The notes under the pieces are model-generated. The model did no database searches. It was not told where the DNA came from and worked only from the letters and a program-made list of their open reading frames with translations. DNA of 63,660 bases, filler included, from Klebsormidium nitens (Eukaryota; Plantae; Klebsormidiophyceae): the NCBI GenBank assembly GCA_000708835.1. It is 5 parts of 5 records of this genome, joined end to end, with 100 filler letters (N's around TTAATTAATTAA, not from the genome) between each part and the next. Parts side by side here need not be neighbours in the genome. Positions count along the whole stretch, not along the records: positions 11,025 to 26,703 come from DF238004.1; positions 26,804 to 40,228 come from DF238070.1; 3 more parts are not named here. One strand, 5' to 3'. Each line of letters begins with the position of its first letter. Position 1 is the stretch's first letter. Positions 22,801 to 34,400 of this stretch are shown in pieces. Both the position numbers and the translations under genes were made by a program.

Positions 22801-25126
22801 AGAGCGGATATTGCCAACCCGGATGAGAAGGATCAAGAAGGGTTGAGCTGCGGTCCTCGAGAGCGAAGATTTGTCGGTGCAAAGATGGTTGGGGGGATCT
22901 CGCGACGGTCAGGAAGGGTGTCAGCGAGACGGTTGAAGTGAAAAACATCTTGGAGAATTATTCTGGCTCGATCTCGTGAGTCAGCTTCGGTTGACAGTCT
23001 AAAACCGGGGTTCCGATCTGGTCGGAGAAGGCTACGAAAAATTCAGGCTGTTGATCAAGGAAAGTACGAAGCAGGCTTGCAGTGGGACAGGGGCCTTGGA
23101 AGCGTAGTACCACTCGACAAAAACAGAAGAGATCAAAATGTCTTTTAAATCGCAAGCGGGATTTGGAAGCTTGCGCCGTACACTGAATGAATCCAGTGGA
23201 ACAGCTTTTGGACAGTAGTTTGACAGGAGGAAGGGAGCGTGGGGTAACAGGAGAACCAAGTTGGGTACTGGTGCGGAGCGCGTGAGACTCTGTTTTACCT
23301 CCTTTTGATTTCAACATTTAAGCTCTACTCCCCACTGGGCTTACTGTCCATGAATCGAGCATCACGGAAGGATGCTCGGACTTTCACTAGCTGATTCCTA
23401 ACTGGTATGCAACCAATCGGAGCTAGTGAGCAAGCAGCGGTGACCTCAATTTTGACGTGACATGTGTTCTGCCATTCTGCAAACGGATCCTTCTCTTCAA
23501 AAGGGCAATACTCTCTACCAGTGAACCTCAATCCTGATTTGACATGTGTTCTGCCATTCTGCCAAATGGATCCTTCTCTTCAAAAGGGCAATGCTCTCTG
23601 TAGGAGGGCTGTGATAGGCCAAGCTTTGATTCTACTCCGTGCCAAAGAATTTACTGCAGTTCTTCAATAAGTCTTTTGCAAACCATGCACAGGAGGATGA
23701 CCAGCATCGCAGGCTTTGTACCGAAGCACAGGTTTGCTTTGCCGGCACAGGCTGAGTTTCGATACAAGCATACAATTGGTGAACAAGAACACACCTGCGC
23801 TGTCCGCCAGCCTGTGTATTCTAGCATTCTTAGAATAAGCACATTCTGGTGTAAGAGCAGAGCAAAAGCAACAAGCAAAACATTCTGAATGCACTCACCC
23901 CTTGCCGCTCCTCTTCGGCTATTGCCGCCCTATGGCCAGTCTGCACCGCCTGACTGTACTCTTGCCTTGCCTCCCCCCTCTCTTTAATAACTCCCTCCAC
24001 AACCCGGTTCTTAACCTCCAGCCGGAATGACGTCACCGCCGCTTGCGGAGGGAGCGGGAAAATGTAGGTCGCCTCCAGGGGAGTGTCAAAGGCGTTCAGG
24101 AAGGTCTGGTCCAGTGTGACGTGGCTGCAGAGTCCTGTGAGCTTGGCAAACACCTGCAGAAGGACATGTGTTTGAAAAGGACAACGGAATGTGTTCTAGG
24201 TTACTGGACCTAATTTGAATCTTGGAAGCTCTGAGAATGTGCTATCCCACCTGGTAGGTAACTTGAGTACCTGCAATTTGAATCACTCGTCTTAGCGCAT
24301 GGTTGAGAGACACAACCATTTGACAGCTGAGGAACACCGGCTTGCTTGAGAGTTCCCATTTTTGAGAGGCTGTAGCTCGTGAGTGGTGGACAGTACTGTG
24401 CTTCAACAGGTTCTGCACGGACACAAGTGAGGCACAAGTGAAGGTAATTTTGCGATCACTCCTGTTAATGGAGGGGGAATGGCCATCCGCACTAAAGTGT
24501 ACCATTTGACAGGTGAAAACAGCTCCTGGCTTGCTTGATACCTTTCAACATTTAGAGATGTAGCTCGAGACCGGTGGACAACACTGGGCTTCAACAGGTT
24601 TGTTCTGAACAAACTCAAGGGTGGGATAAGAAGGGACAGAGGCATTTGGGGCAGATTCCAGAGCGTGGTGTGAAGGCGGTTGAATCCTGTAGAGTTGGAA
24701 GTGCAATAGTCTGCTCTGAAACGTGAAGGAAAGGGTCTCAGATCTTATAGGCTGACAGTAGGTGCATAATGACTCGCACTTAAGAAAATCAGAAATTAAT
24801 GTGGACTCCAAAGCTGTCTTTGTTTTACTGATGTGTGCACACATTCTGAAGGATCTGCATGTAGTGTTGAAACACACACCATGTTCTCTACCCTTCTGAA
24901 TTCAACGTAAATGCAAAATGAATAGCTCGAGACTGAACCCCAGCAAGCCCCCAGCAGACAGAAGTTTACGAATGACCAAGGTCAATATCGCACTCACCTT
25001 GACAGAGCGCAATGGAAACATGCCTCTCTCAGATGCCAGAGCCCCAAACCCCGCCTCCTTGTCCTCTTCAGTCTCTCGCGCTGCATTGATTTCGTCGTCT
25101 GACATCATGCTGACAGCGGTCGCCAT
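16823..25126 (-). CDS. VIT + vWA domain protein (VWA5A/inter-alpha-trypsin-inhibitor-domain-like) with FG-repeat insertions, ~1432 aa; exons 25126-24998, 24153-23899, 22684-22409, 21761-21363, 20846-19872, 19087-16823
   Basis: All junctions are GT-AG, phase 0 and in frame. Motifs: VIT TFLNAFDTPLEATYIFPLPPQAAVTSF; FRFPLLVAPRYIPG; vWA MIDAS DVVFVVDRSGSM, TEM, VLVTDGQVGNE and IFTLGID. The start codon is uncertain (25126 or 25165, or an upstream exon). Confidence 0.88.
23457..23601 (+). repeat. Intronic tandem duplication (~62-bp core, ~84-bp period)
   Basis: tgacatgtgttctgccattctg...ggatccttctcttcaaaagggcaat occurs twice. Confidence 0.8.
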
Positions 25127-28100
25127 CTTCTGCGAAAACTCTTGGGTCGCTGGTACGACTGTCATACTTCCGTCCAGGGTACAGGATATGTTCTGTTCTC
25201 TCAGATTTTGTGCGCTCTTTTGAAAGCTGTTGCCCGCTGAGGTGTGCCATTCTTGGAGCTTCGAACTTGAAGCTGGAAGAAAGGCCTGGATGATCCCCGC
25301 ATTTTGCGAGCTTGGACCTTCAACTTGCAAGCTACCGTCTTGTCACTTGTGGCCGTTGATTTGAGCTTTCTTGGTCCACTTGTAGGCTGTACGCCGTAGA
25401 TATCCGTCATCATCCCAGATCTGTTCACTGAACGTGACATGCGGTTGCGTCACCAAGCAGATTCCCAAACCTTTGCCAGGAAGCCGTGGCGCCGGACAGC
25501 CGCACACGCGGGTCGGCCGGCCGCGGCTGCCGTCCAAGCCCCGTCCAAGTCGCTTAATACCGTACTAAGTGGAACGGTATGAATCCGAATCGTTCAAAAT
25601 GGTACTTATTTAATCGAATACGACCTGTTTTGCCGATTTATTCAATGAATCCGACCCTGAATCCGAATTTGCTCGGTAGCTCTCACCGAGCGCGTTTTTG
25701 CCCCATATCTGCGTCAATGAGGCTGCCGGGCTATTTCTTTGAGAATCCGACCGCAACTAAGCAATTATTTATTGAATCCGAAAATCCACTTTCCGAATTA
25801 CTGGAATTAAAAACAGGTAATGTAACGACTCCTTGCACTGTCAGCTCAAAAATATAAGGGGGGACATTTCGAGGGGGTCAAGGATTTACTTTTGATGACC
25901 TTGACATGCGGACAAGGCGTGTTCAAATGTCTACAATGAAAGGACGAAGGCCTGTTCAATATTGTACATCTACGAGTGCGCAACTCTCAGCGTTGCGTCC
26001 AAGTACCACATAACGTGCGAGCTCCGAGTTCCTACACATAAATCATCTTACCGCCAGCTGTCAACCAGTCCAACAGACATTTTGAGCTGTTTCAGTCCTT
26101 TCATGGTCCCGTCTCAATCTGTGTGTCAATCTGCCAGGCCGTTTGTGATACATTTCCTCACCTACGGCGGATCCTATCTCAGATGTCTCCGTCCGTCTGA
26201 AGATTCTTCAGCCTACCCGGCACTCCTCACCTTCTGCGCGTTGCCCCATCAATGACCCGAACGGAAAGCAACATGGTGTCAGCGGAGATCTCTCTGTCTG
26301 CGACTGCTGGACGTGCACGTCCGTGCAACAGCAAGGAATGCTTCCCTTATGACATGACAGCTTATAACCCAACGAGAGCACGGGCCCAGGAGGAGTACAG
26401 AAGATTTCTCACGAATCTCCGCCCTGAAAAAGGACGGTGGTATTCCTTCGGCCTGAACCACGGAACTGAGTCCTTTACGAACGGCGAAGAGCCAACTCAC
26501 CTCCTGCGTCTTGTCCTTGAAAATGGCCTCTCACCATTGTAACCCCGGTCCACTAACCGTCCACTAACCCCCCGCTCTCCCCCGGCCCAGTCCGTACTCT
26601 CGGTCGAAAGCCGCTTCTTTCCCGGCAGATTACGCGCCGCTCAGTCGCTCGGATCCAAAGAACAGATTTACCGCGTCACTCGGCCCCCTCCGATTTGAGT
26701 GTTNNNNNNNNNNNNNNNNNNNNNNNNNNNNNNNNNNNNNNNNNNNNTTAATTAATTAANNNNNNNNNNNNNNNNNNNNNNNNNNNNNNNNNNNNNNNNN
26801 NNNAACTAACCATCTGATGAACAGCATTATTTTTGCCAGCCACAAACCGCCACGTGCCCCCCCCTTCCGGCGATGCTCGCTGCCGCGCCGCGCTAGGGTC
26901 GCCCCCAATAGCCACAGGCCAGTGCAGGTCAGTACCGCTAACCGTCGTCCGCTAACCAGCCTCTAACCATGGTCGCAGTCATGAGGTTTTGCCGTCCGAC
27001 AAATTACTTTGCCGTCCGATCGCCAGCGCCGCGCGCAGTTTTAGCATTCTTTGACTAAGCCACCGACTCAGTGAGGCTGGGCAGTCACTGCCGCAGTGCC
27101 ACGGTGACAGCTGTCATTCAGGCCACGCTGGCTTGGCCGTCCGATCGTGTCACTCAGAAAAAGAAAGGACACGTCACCGTCGATAATTCTTCAGGAAGTT
27201 GCAGAATATGAAACTTGGCGGGCCGGCCGGCCGCTCGGCATGCAGTCTAGCTCAGCAGGCTCTGCAGGTTCTGGAAGCTTTCGTCTGAATCAGCACTCAG
27301 TCGGAAGCTAAAAAGCTTCTTACAGCATATTATTACCAGACAGAAGAACGAATAAACGCATCCACGTAAGCAGAAGAGAGCAAGGAGAGGTGCCTGGCTA
27401 GCCTGTACTTGAAACACTTGGTCTGACTGGTGGGTGGCCATTTCATTCATCCCAAAGTTGAGCAATTTCCTGCAGACCTTTTTTCAATACTTTCTATCAT
27501 TTCAGTCCCTCTCAGCTGAAAGCTAGCGCCTTCAAGCCCATGGGCATATTGCTTCCTTAATAATTGGCCCTACCGTAGTGGTGCCAGCAGCATTTGCAGC
27601 CAGGCTGCAAACGCTGACAGTGTGCTCACAAGCGTCCAACAGCTGAAGCTGCCAGTGGCTGCAAGCGACAACTCTTCTCCATCAGCCTGGGTTGGCATCA
27701 AACCCCAGGAGGATGCCATGGCCCTCGGCCCTTGAAAAGGTGAGTACGTTTTTATTCTTTAAAGACACAGGGCGGGCTGCTCGGTTGGCAGCCCAAACTG
27801 CACATGCTTCTGATCAGACTGGCATAGTGCTCAAGAGATGGCTGCTAAGCGGTCTAACTTGAAGTGGGATCCTAGCTAAATAAGCTCGATTATGTCGGCA
27901 ACCCTAGCCAGCTCGCGCTGGTTTAAGCCAGCTAGCAGGCGCAAATCTGAGCTCGGAATGCCCCTTGGAAGTGGTGTGCTTCACTGATCTTCAAGCCCGG
28001 GCTGGCAGGCAGCATGCATGCACCAATAGTGCATCTCCTCCTTTTTCAGCTCATTCTTCGTACTCCAGAGCTGATAAAGTGAAGCGTTCCAGGAGGGTCT

Positions 28101-30100
28101 GTCCAACTTCGTCCATGCACATTGTTTGCCCAGGCTGTCCAAGGTGTTCGAGCTCTGGCCAAGCTTTCTTTCATCGATTGGAATGCTGACGTTATCTACA
28201 CCTCAACTTAGACCTGCATATATGGACCCGGGCCAAACAGTCCCAGAATATCATAAGGGGTTCTGATCAAAGTGCTGACATCATGCAATCGGAACTATGA
28301 CTATTTAAGTGGAGTATCTGAGTGGGGTCTGTCCAAGTGGTCTCTTGAGTGGTTGTCGTTGACCATACAAATCGTCTGGCACGCCCCTGGCACGCTGTTC
28401 AGGGTGTCCAAGCTCGGGGCAGAAAGTTCGATCATCCGGATTGCTGACGTCAACAGCCTCCCAACAGCCCGAGTACAGCGGCGTAAAGAGCCTTATCTAC
28501 TGCTGACTTCAATGTTGCTATGATTAATCGTATGGTGAACCCAAGTCTCGAGTTCTTTCTTGAGGATTGAGCATGGCAGGGAGCCTCACCGTAATGCTCC
28601 CTGTTCTCAATGTATGCAGCGATGGTCTTGACGACTCGATGGTAGCGTCAGAAGCCACCAAGGGGCTCCATTTGTTGGAGTGATCAGGGTGCATTCGGCT
28701 CCAGCTTCAGCCTCCGCATTTGCTGCAAGTGCGCCTGATCATGAGAGATAGGACGAACATGGAGAGCAGAGAAGGAGATTCCGAACATATGGATGACTTA
28801 CAAATGCAGGTGAGTCTAGGTGAATGCAGCCTTGCATTTTGGCATTCCTAGACTCGTGACTGGCCCAAATTCCCGCTAAAGTTCATCGTTCGCTTCATTT
28901 TTCATCTGATAGCTCGTGCATATGGTTTTCTAAGCATACGTGTCGTGAAACAGCGTTGATGCAAGCGAATTGGAAGTGAATGAATCTTACAAGTTGGTTT
29001 TGTCCTCCGTATACTCTTGCGAATCTGCCCTGTGTCCTGCAATCAGTCTAGCGGTCTGCTACTTTGTCACCTAGACTATAACTAGCAGACTAAGTCGATA
29101 TGAGCGTCTACAGTATCAAGCACGTCTGGTCTGCTCGTCCGTTCCCAAATGCGCGCGGCCCACGTGACCAGACTTCGTCGAAGTCAGCCGGTCAACACGG
29201 TCAAACCGCGGTCAACACTACCCCTACGGTTAACTACCGTACTACAACAATACGCAATCAGTAATAGCTTTAGAATTCTTTGCAAAGTTCTGCCGTGAGT
29301 GTTGGTGTGTCATGCAACCTTATCTTGCCAGGTGGTTGTCTTAGAGGTGCTGTCGGCTGATCTGCAAGCTATTTCGAGATGGTGGTATGAGTGGTTACCC
29401 AGATGTTCAGAGCTGTCGCTAATAGCAGCTGTTGAAAGTTGCTTACGGACTGTGTGCACCCGTGGCACGAGTTTCTGGGGGACAGATCACGTGCAGGCTG
29501 ATCGACCCTGCTGTTTGGGGTACTATTTGCACGTGCAGTGGACATGTTAGGCAGGCTTCTTATTTGTAGCGGGACAGGTTGTATCAAGGTGCCTCTCGCT
29601 ATCGTTTGGCATCGAAGTCTTGACTGGAAGCCGGGTTTCTCGGGTCTGCAGACAAGCCTGATCAAGCCTGATCAGATCAGATCTGCCAAGCCTGATCTGA
29701 TCAGATGTAGGTGGCGTGCAACTCTAAGAAATGATGGATACTTCTTACCGCACAGCGGACAGAAAGATTTTGTACTCTGTTCAGCCAAACAGGGGCATGG
29801 CATACTGCAATTCTTAAGACTTGCACGTTGAAGGATTCTTCTTGAAAGTGGCTTGTGAACCTCAGGTTCAAACACATCCGTATCACGAACGCGTTGTGAA
29901 TTCCAATGGACTTATCCCAGACGACGCTTCTGCTAATGCGGATTTGTTCGAAGTCAAGTCAGAATTTTCGAAAAAGCTTGATTGACGGTACGATCAAAGT
30001 GCTCGAATGATACGAAAGCATATTTTTTTATCTTTCGAAGGAACGTTTATGCAATCCAAGACGTTTATCTCGATTGAATGTGTCTTCTCTCTTTCTACCA

Positions 30101-30646
30101 GGAGAATGACAACACGAGCATCGAATCAGACTCCGATGGAGAGGATGTTGAGGACGCGGAGTTCAACCGCGAGGAAGAATCTTCCGACGAGGAGACCTCG
30201 CAGGATCGCCAGTTTTCGGACGACTCATCGCATCTTCCCATCGCCTCGGTCTCAGAGTACGCTCGGATGGACGCGGAGCTTGGGCAGTCGGACACGGAGT
30301 CGCCAGATCGATTCCAGGGGGGGGCGCAAGCGCACCAAACGCATTGATGACAGCGATGACAGCGCAGAGCCCCCGCCCCTCAGGACAAGCCGGCTTAGAG
30401 TCACGTTGCCGTCCGACTCGTCATCGTCGTCTGACGAGGACGTGCAAGAGGCAGATGAAGCCACTGAGTCGAGCCCGGAGGTCGGAGACCGGTCTGCCAC
30501 GTCGAGCGAGTGGGGCGACCGTCCTGATGACGACGATCCTACGTGGGATTGGGACGATGAGGGGGATTCGGAGGAGCTGCGCGAGTTCTTTGGGGTCTGC
30601 CGCATCGATCTCGGGTTCGAGCTTAATCGCACGGAGTCGGAACAGG
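30101..30646 (+). pseudogene. Acidic Ser/Asp/Glu-rich exon-like segment with a frameshift at a G8 run; product unknown
   Basis: Acceptor ctaccag|GAG at 30100 and donor cag|gtatgc at ~30646. The frame ESDSDGEDVED... switches to GRKRTKRIDDSDD... across G 30317-30324. Confidence 0.35.
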
Positions 30647-31401
30647 TATGCTCGCTCCGTGCAATTGTAGCTTCTGCTTGCTATATCTGAAAGTTGTTCA
30701 AGCGGTACCTCTTAGCGCTCCTTTCAAGAGTGTAGATCCGGATTCATCAACCGACCGCAAACAGGTTGTCCAAGTGTCCAAGGTTTTGCCAAACTCTTCT
30801 GGGGGAACATTCTGCTGACGTCATTGCAACAGTTTCTTGACGACACGTCAACAACGCTGCAATGAAACTTTTGCGCATGGCGGACCCCTTTGTGACCCTA
30901 TCTTCGATTTGGAGTTACGTCCACAATCTAGCACAATGCACCTCGTTGGAACAATCTTCTTCAGCTACGTAGAAACATGTTTAACTCGGCTTGTTTATTA
31001 ATGTACAACAACAGACACGAGCGAATGGCCCCTCCAAGCAATGCTTCTCGAACTATTTGGAAGCTGCGAAACTACACACATATGCCGCTGCATCTTGCGA
31101 TGCACGGCTTACCCATCAATAACGTTTTCTACAGATCTTGTATAGCCCAAGTCGTCTTTGTCATTCATCTACCTCATTAAAGGAGACTTAAAAAGGCCTC
31201 GTCGGTACCAACGCTACCATTCTACCAAGATGCATGATTCGTGTACCTACGGGCTAATATTGATCATTGACTGTCATCGGGAATACCTATTACATAATAC
31301 AGAGCTCCCTGAGTTCGCTTCACTGTCTATTACACACTGAGATACCACCTGTCCTCAGACATTGCGTTTTGAGGACCTTCATATTGTGCTCCTTTCTCCT
31401 C

Positions 31402-34400
31402 TCAAAGCTCCAACGTGGAAGTCGGCGAGTCGGTCTTGCCCGCAGTTAAGGACTTGAGGTGGGTTTCTATGGCTACTTTGACGTCATTTGGGCGAACAGG
31501 CTTTGAAAGAAACGCGTCCATTCCTGCAAGAGGAGAAGCGCACTGTCCGAAGCACGAAAATTTTGACCTGTACTAGCGGTCACAGTAAGAAGGACAGCAA
31601 GACAAGCTGTGGGTCAGTGTCAATCTACCCTAGACCAAGTTGCGCGCATGCGCCATTGCACTCCACAGCAAATGCTTGAATGGATTCTAGATCGACAGGT
31701 ATTGGTACGGCCAAACTGGGCACCAAAGATGAACCCTGGCAAGGGAAAGTAAGATCACAAGAAATGCCGGCGTACTCAGGCATCAGAGGTCGTGTGCACT
31801 CCAAAGTCAAAGCATATGACGCCACAGATACTAGGTTACCAAGTACTAGATTGCAAGACTTGGATATTGAGGAAGTCTGTAGACGCGACTTTGAAGGAAC
31901 AGCGATCAAGTGTTGGAATACTGCAAGCAAGGCCGCAATTAAAGCGAAAGGGTTTCCTGCGCAACCTCGCGAAAACGACCAGATTGGGAATTAACCCCCG
32001 GGAGTCGACGTTCTAAAGTTGGGCAGCAACGAGCTGGGCCTCGCAAAATGCGCAAGATACCACAGTTTGCCTCTGCTTGTGACCCTGCTCAGCCTCTCAC
32101 CTGCTTTCATACATTTCTGCGCATCACCCTCCAAGGCAGACGCTGTAAGGGCGATGATGAGGTGCCGCCGCCCCTGCTTGCATTCATCTATCCGGATTTG
32201 CTGGGTGGCTTGATAGCCGTCCTGGAAATTTGCAGCTGGCCATGAAACCTTTGTAGAGATACACTTCATAAGCAGTGTCCAGCAAACGAAAGTTGAATGC
32301 CAAGACCTTTGGCATCCGGCAGGCGCCCCGAGTCTAGCCTAGTGAGGGCGTTACACTTCCAAAGGCCAACAATTCCAAAATTGAAGATGATGCCAGGATA
32401 TCGCAGACTTGATGGTCAAGAGACGTCCCATTGGTCGATCTAGGTTACGTTGTTTCCTGCTGCTGCCGCTCAGAGAAAACGCTATTGACTCCAGAGGACC
32501 AAACAATTGAGCACACTAGCATCCCTCAATTCAGAGTCCAGAAGCATTGCCATCCTTCCAAGAAAAGACGGTGTGCCCAGGACTACGAGAGGCTTCAGTC
32601 AAAGCTTACCATGTCCGGCATGTGACAGTCCATGAGGACGACGTCGTAGTTCCCTGCCATGCACGCTGCAACGGCTTTCCTGCCATTGTCCACAACGGCA
32701 AAAGTGCAGCCCAGGCTCCGCAGGATTCGGGTGGCCACCATCTGGTTCACGCGGTTGTCCTGCACCAAGGACAGAAGGCGAGTGACTGTGCGCAGACTTC
32801 AGGTAGATCTGCGAGCTCCGCAAGACCAAGGGCTCGCCCTTTCATCTTGAAACCAAGGGCTCGCCCTTTCGTCTTGAAGCTGGTATGCTGGAAGTTCGAA
32901 GAAGACACTCGTCCATCTCGAAAGAGGAGGGGAATTACTATGTCCAAAGTCGACAAGTGCACGTTTCCTGCAGCAGCAGCAGTTTCCGGCCCATACAGCA
33001 GCTTTTTAAAGGCAGCCCATCCATGCCTTCGTGCTCCTTCTGGAAATGGGCATGAGGAACAGAAGCAACTGTACGAACCCGTCTTCACTGCAGAGAACGC
33101 ATTTGATTTCGGGGACTGTACCGGATACACACTTCGGCATTCACAGTTCGTACCCAGCTGTGACACATGACAATCGAAGGAAGCCAGAGTCTCGTTATCC
33201 CGAAGTCTCTGTCAGCCGAAAGCTGGACAATTGCCTCACCTCTGCCACAAGCACGTGCAATCCTTTGACCGTGCTTTCTGGAGTCGACTGGGGATCCAAC
33301 TCATGGCCATCAGGCAGCTCTACCAGCGGTGATTGGACCCGGCTCACACTCTTTGCAGTGGCGCCCTCCGTTGCAGAGAGCTGGAAGCACACAGATCCGC
33401 CAATTTTACATGTGTCGTCGCATGAACTTCCAGCAAGGACCAACAAATTCACAAAGAACGTGTCTTCAAGGACATTGTTCCAGGCGATCCTGTGCGACCA
33501 AAAACGGCAAGGGGATGTGTGGGACCAGACTATAACTAAAGATCATTCACAGTGGAAGCTTGTTGACAGTTTAGCAAGCAGCCAGCGCTCCGGCCGGTTC
33601 AAAATTTATCATTGACTGAGCCAGATTTGCAAATAGGGAACAGCAGGAGGTGAATCCGGAAGAGCAGGCAACGTACAGCGTCAACCAATGCAAGTTCTTG
33701 ACTACCTATGAAGGACGCCCACTATATTTAGCTGGTTCCCAAGAGAGACGACGCTTCCACTACCTGGCCATTCGCCACCGGGTCTTGAGCGGGCACGCCC
33801 AGCCTGACAGTGAAGAAGAACGACGACCCTGTTTGAACAACGCTGTGCAGCCAGATGCGGCCCCCCATGGCCTGTACCAGGCTTTCGCAAATACACAAGC
33901 CCAAGCCCGTGCCACCTGCACAAATTGGAGATGAGGCTTAAGGTACTTTGAGCCTGTCGAGCTCACTGGCCTTCGAACTTCAACCTCTGTTTTGACACGA
34001 GGATGGCGCACAAACGCTAAGACTGGGAGATGCCTCAGGCACAAGTTGTCCAAAAGCAGTGCTTGAAGAACGATCTAGCTTCTATCAGAGTGCAGACTAT
34101 CAGAGTGCAGACAGAAGTCGATGTCAGTGACCGCTCATTTGCAGGTTTGGAGGAGAGGCGTGAGTAGGCAGAGAATGCAAGGAGCTCTTTGAAAGTCTAT
34201 CAAATGTTGACCTGGAGAAAACGTCTTTCCAACATGGAGGAACAACCGCCCAGCAGAAGACTATTGCCCACCATGGCATACATTTGGCCTTCTGACGCAC
34301 AGCTGAGGCCAATAGGATTGAATGGTAAATAGACATCAATTTTGTGAGCAATAGAGCTTTTAGTCCGTGGGAAGTCCGACGTTACTATCAGACAGGATTA

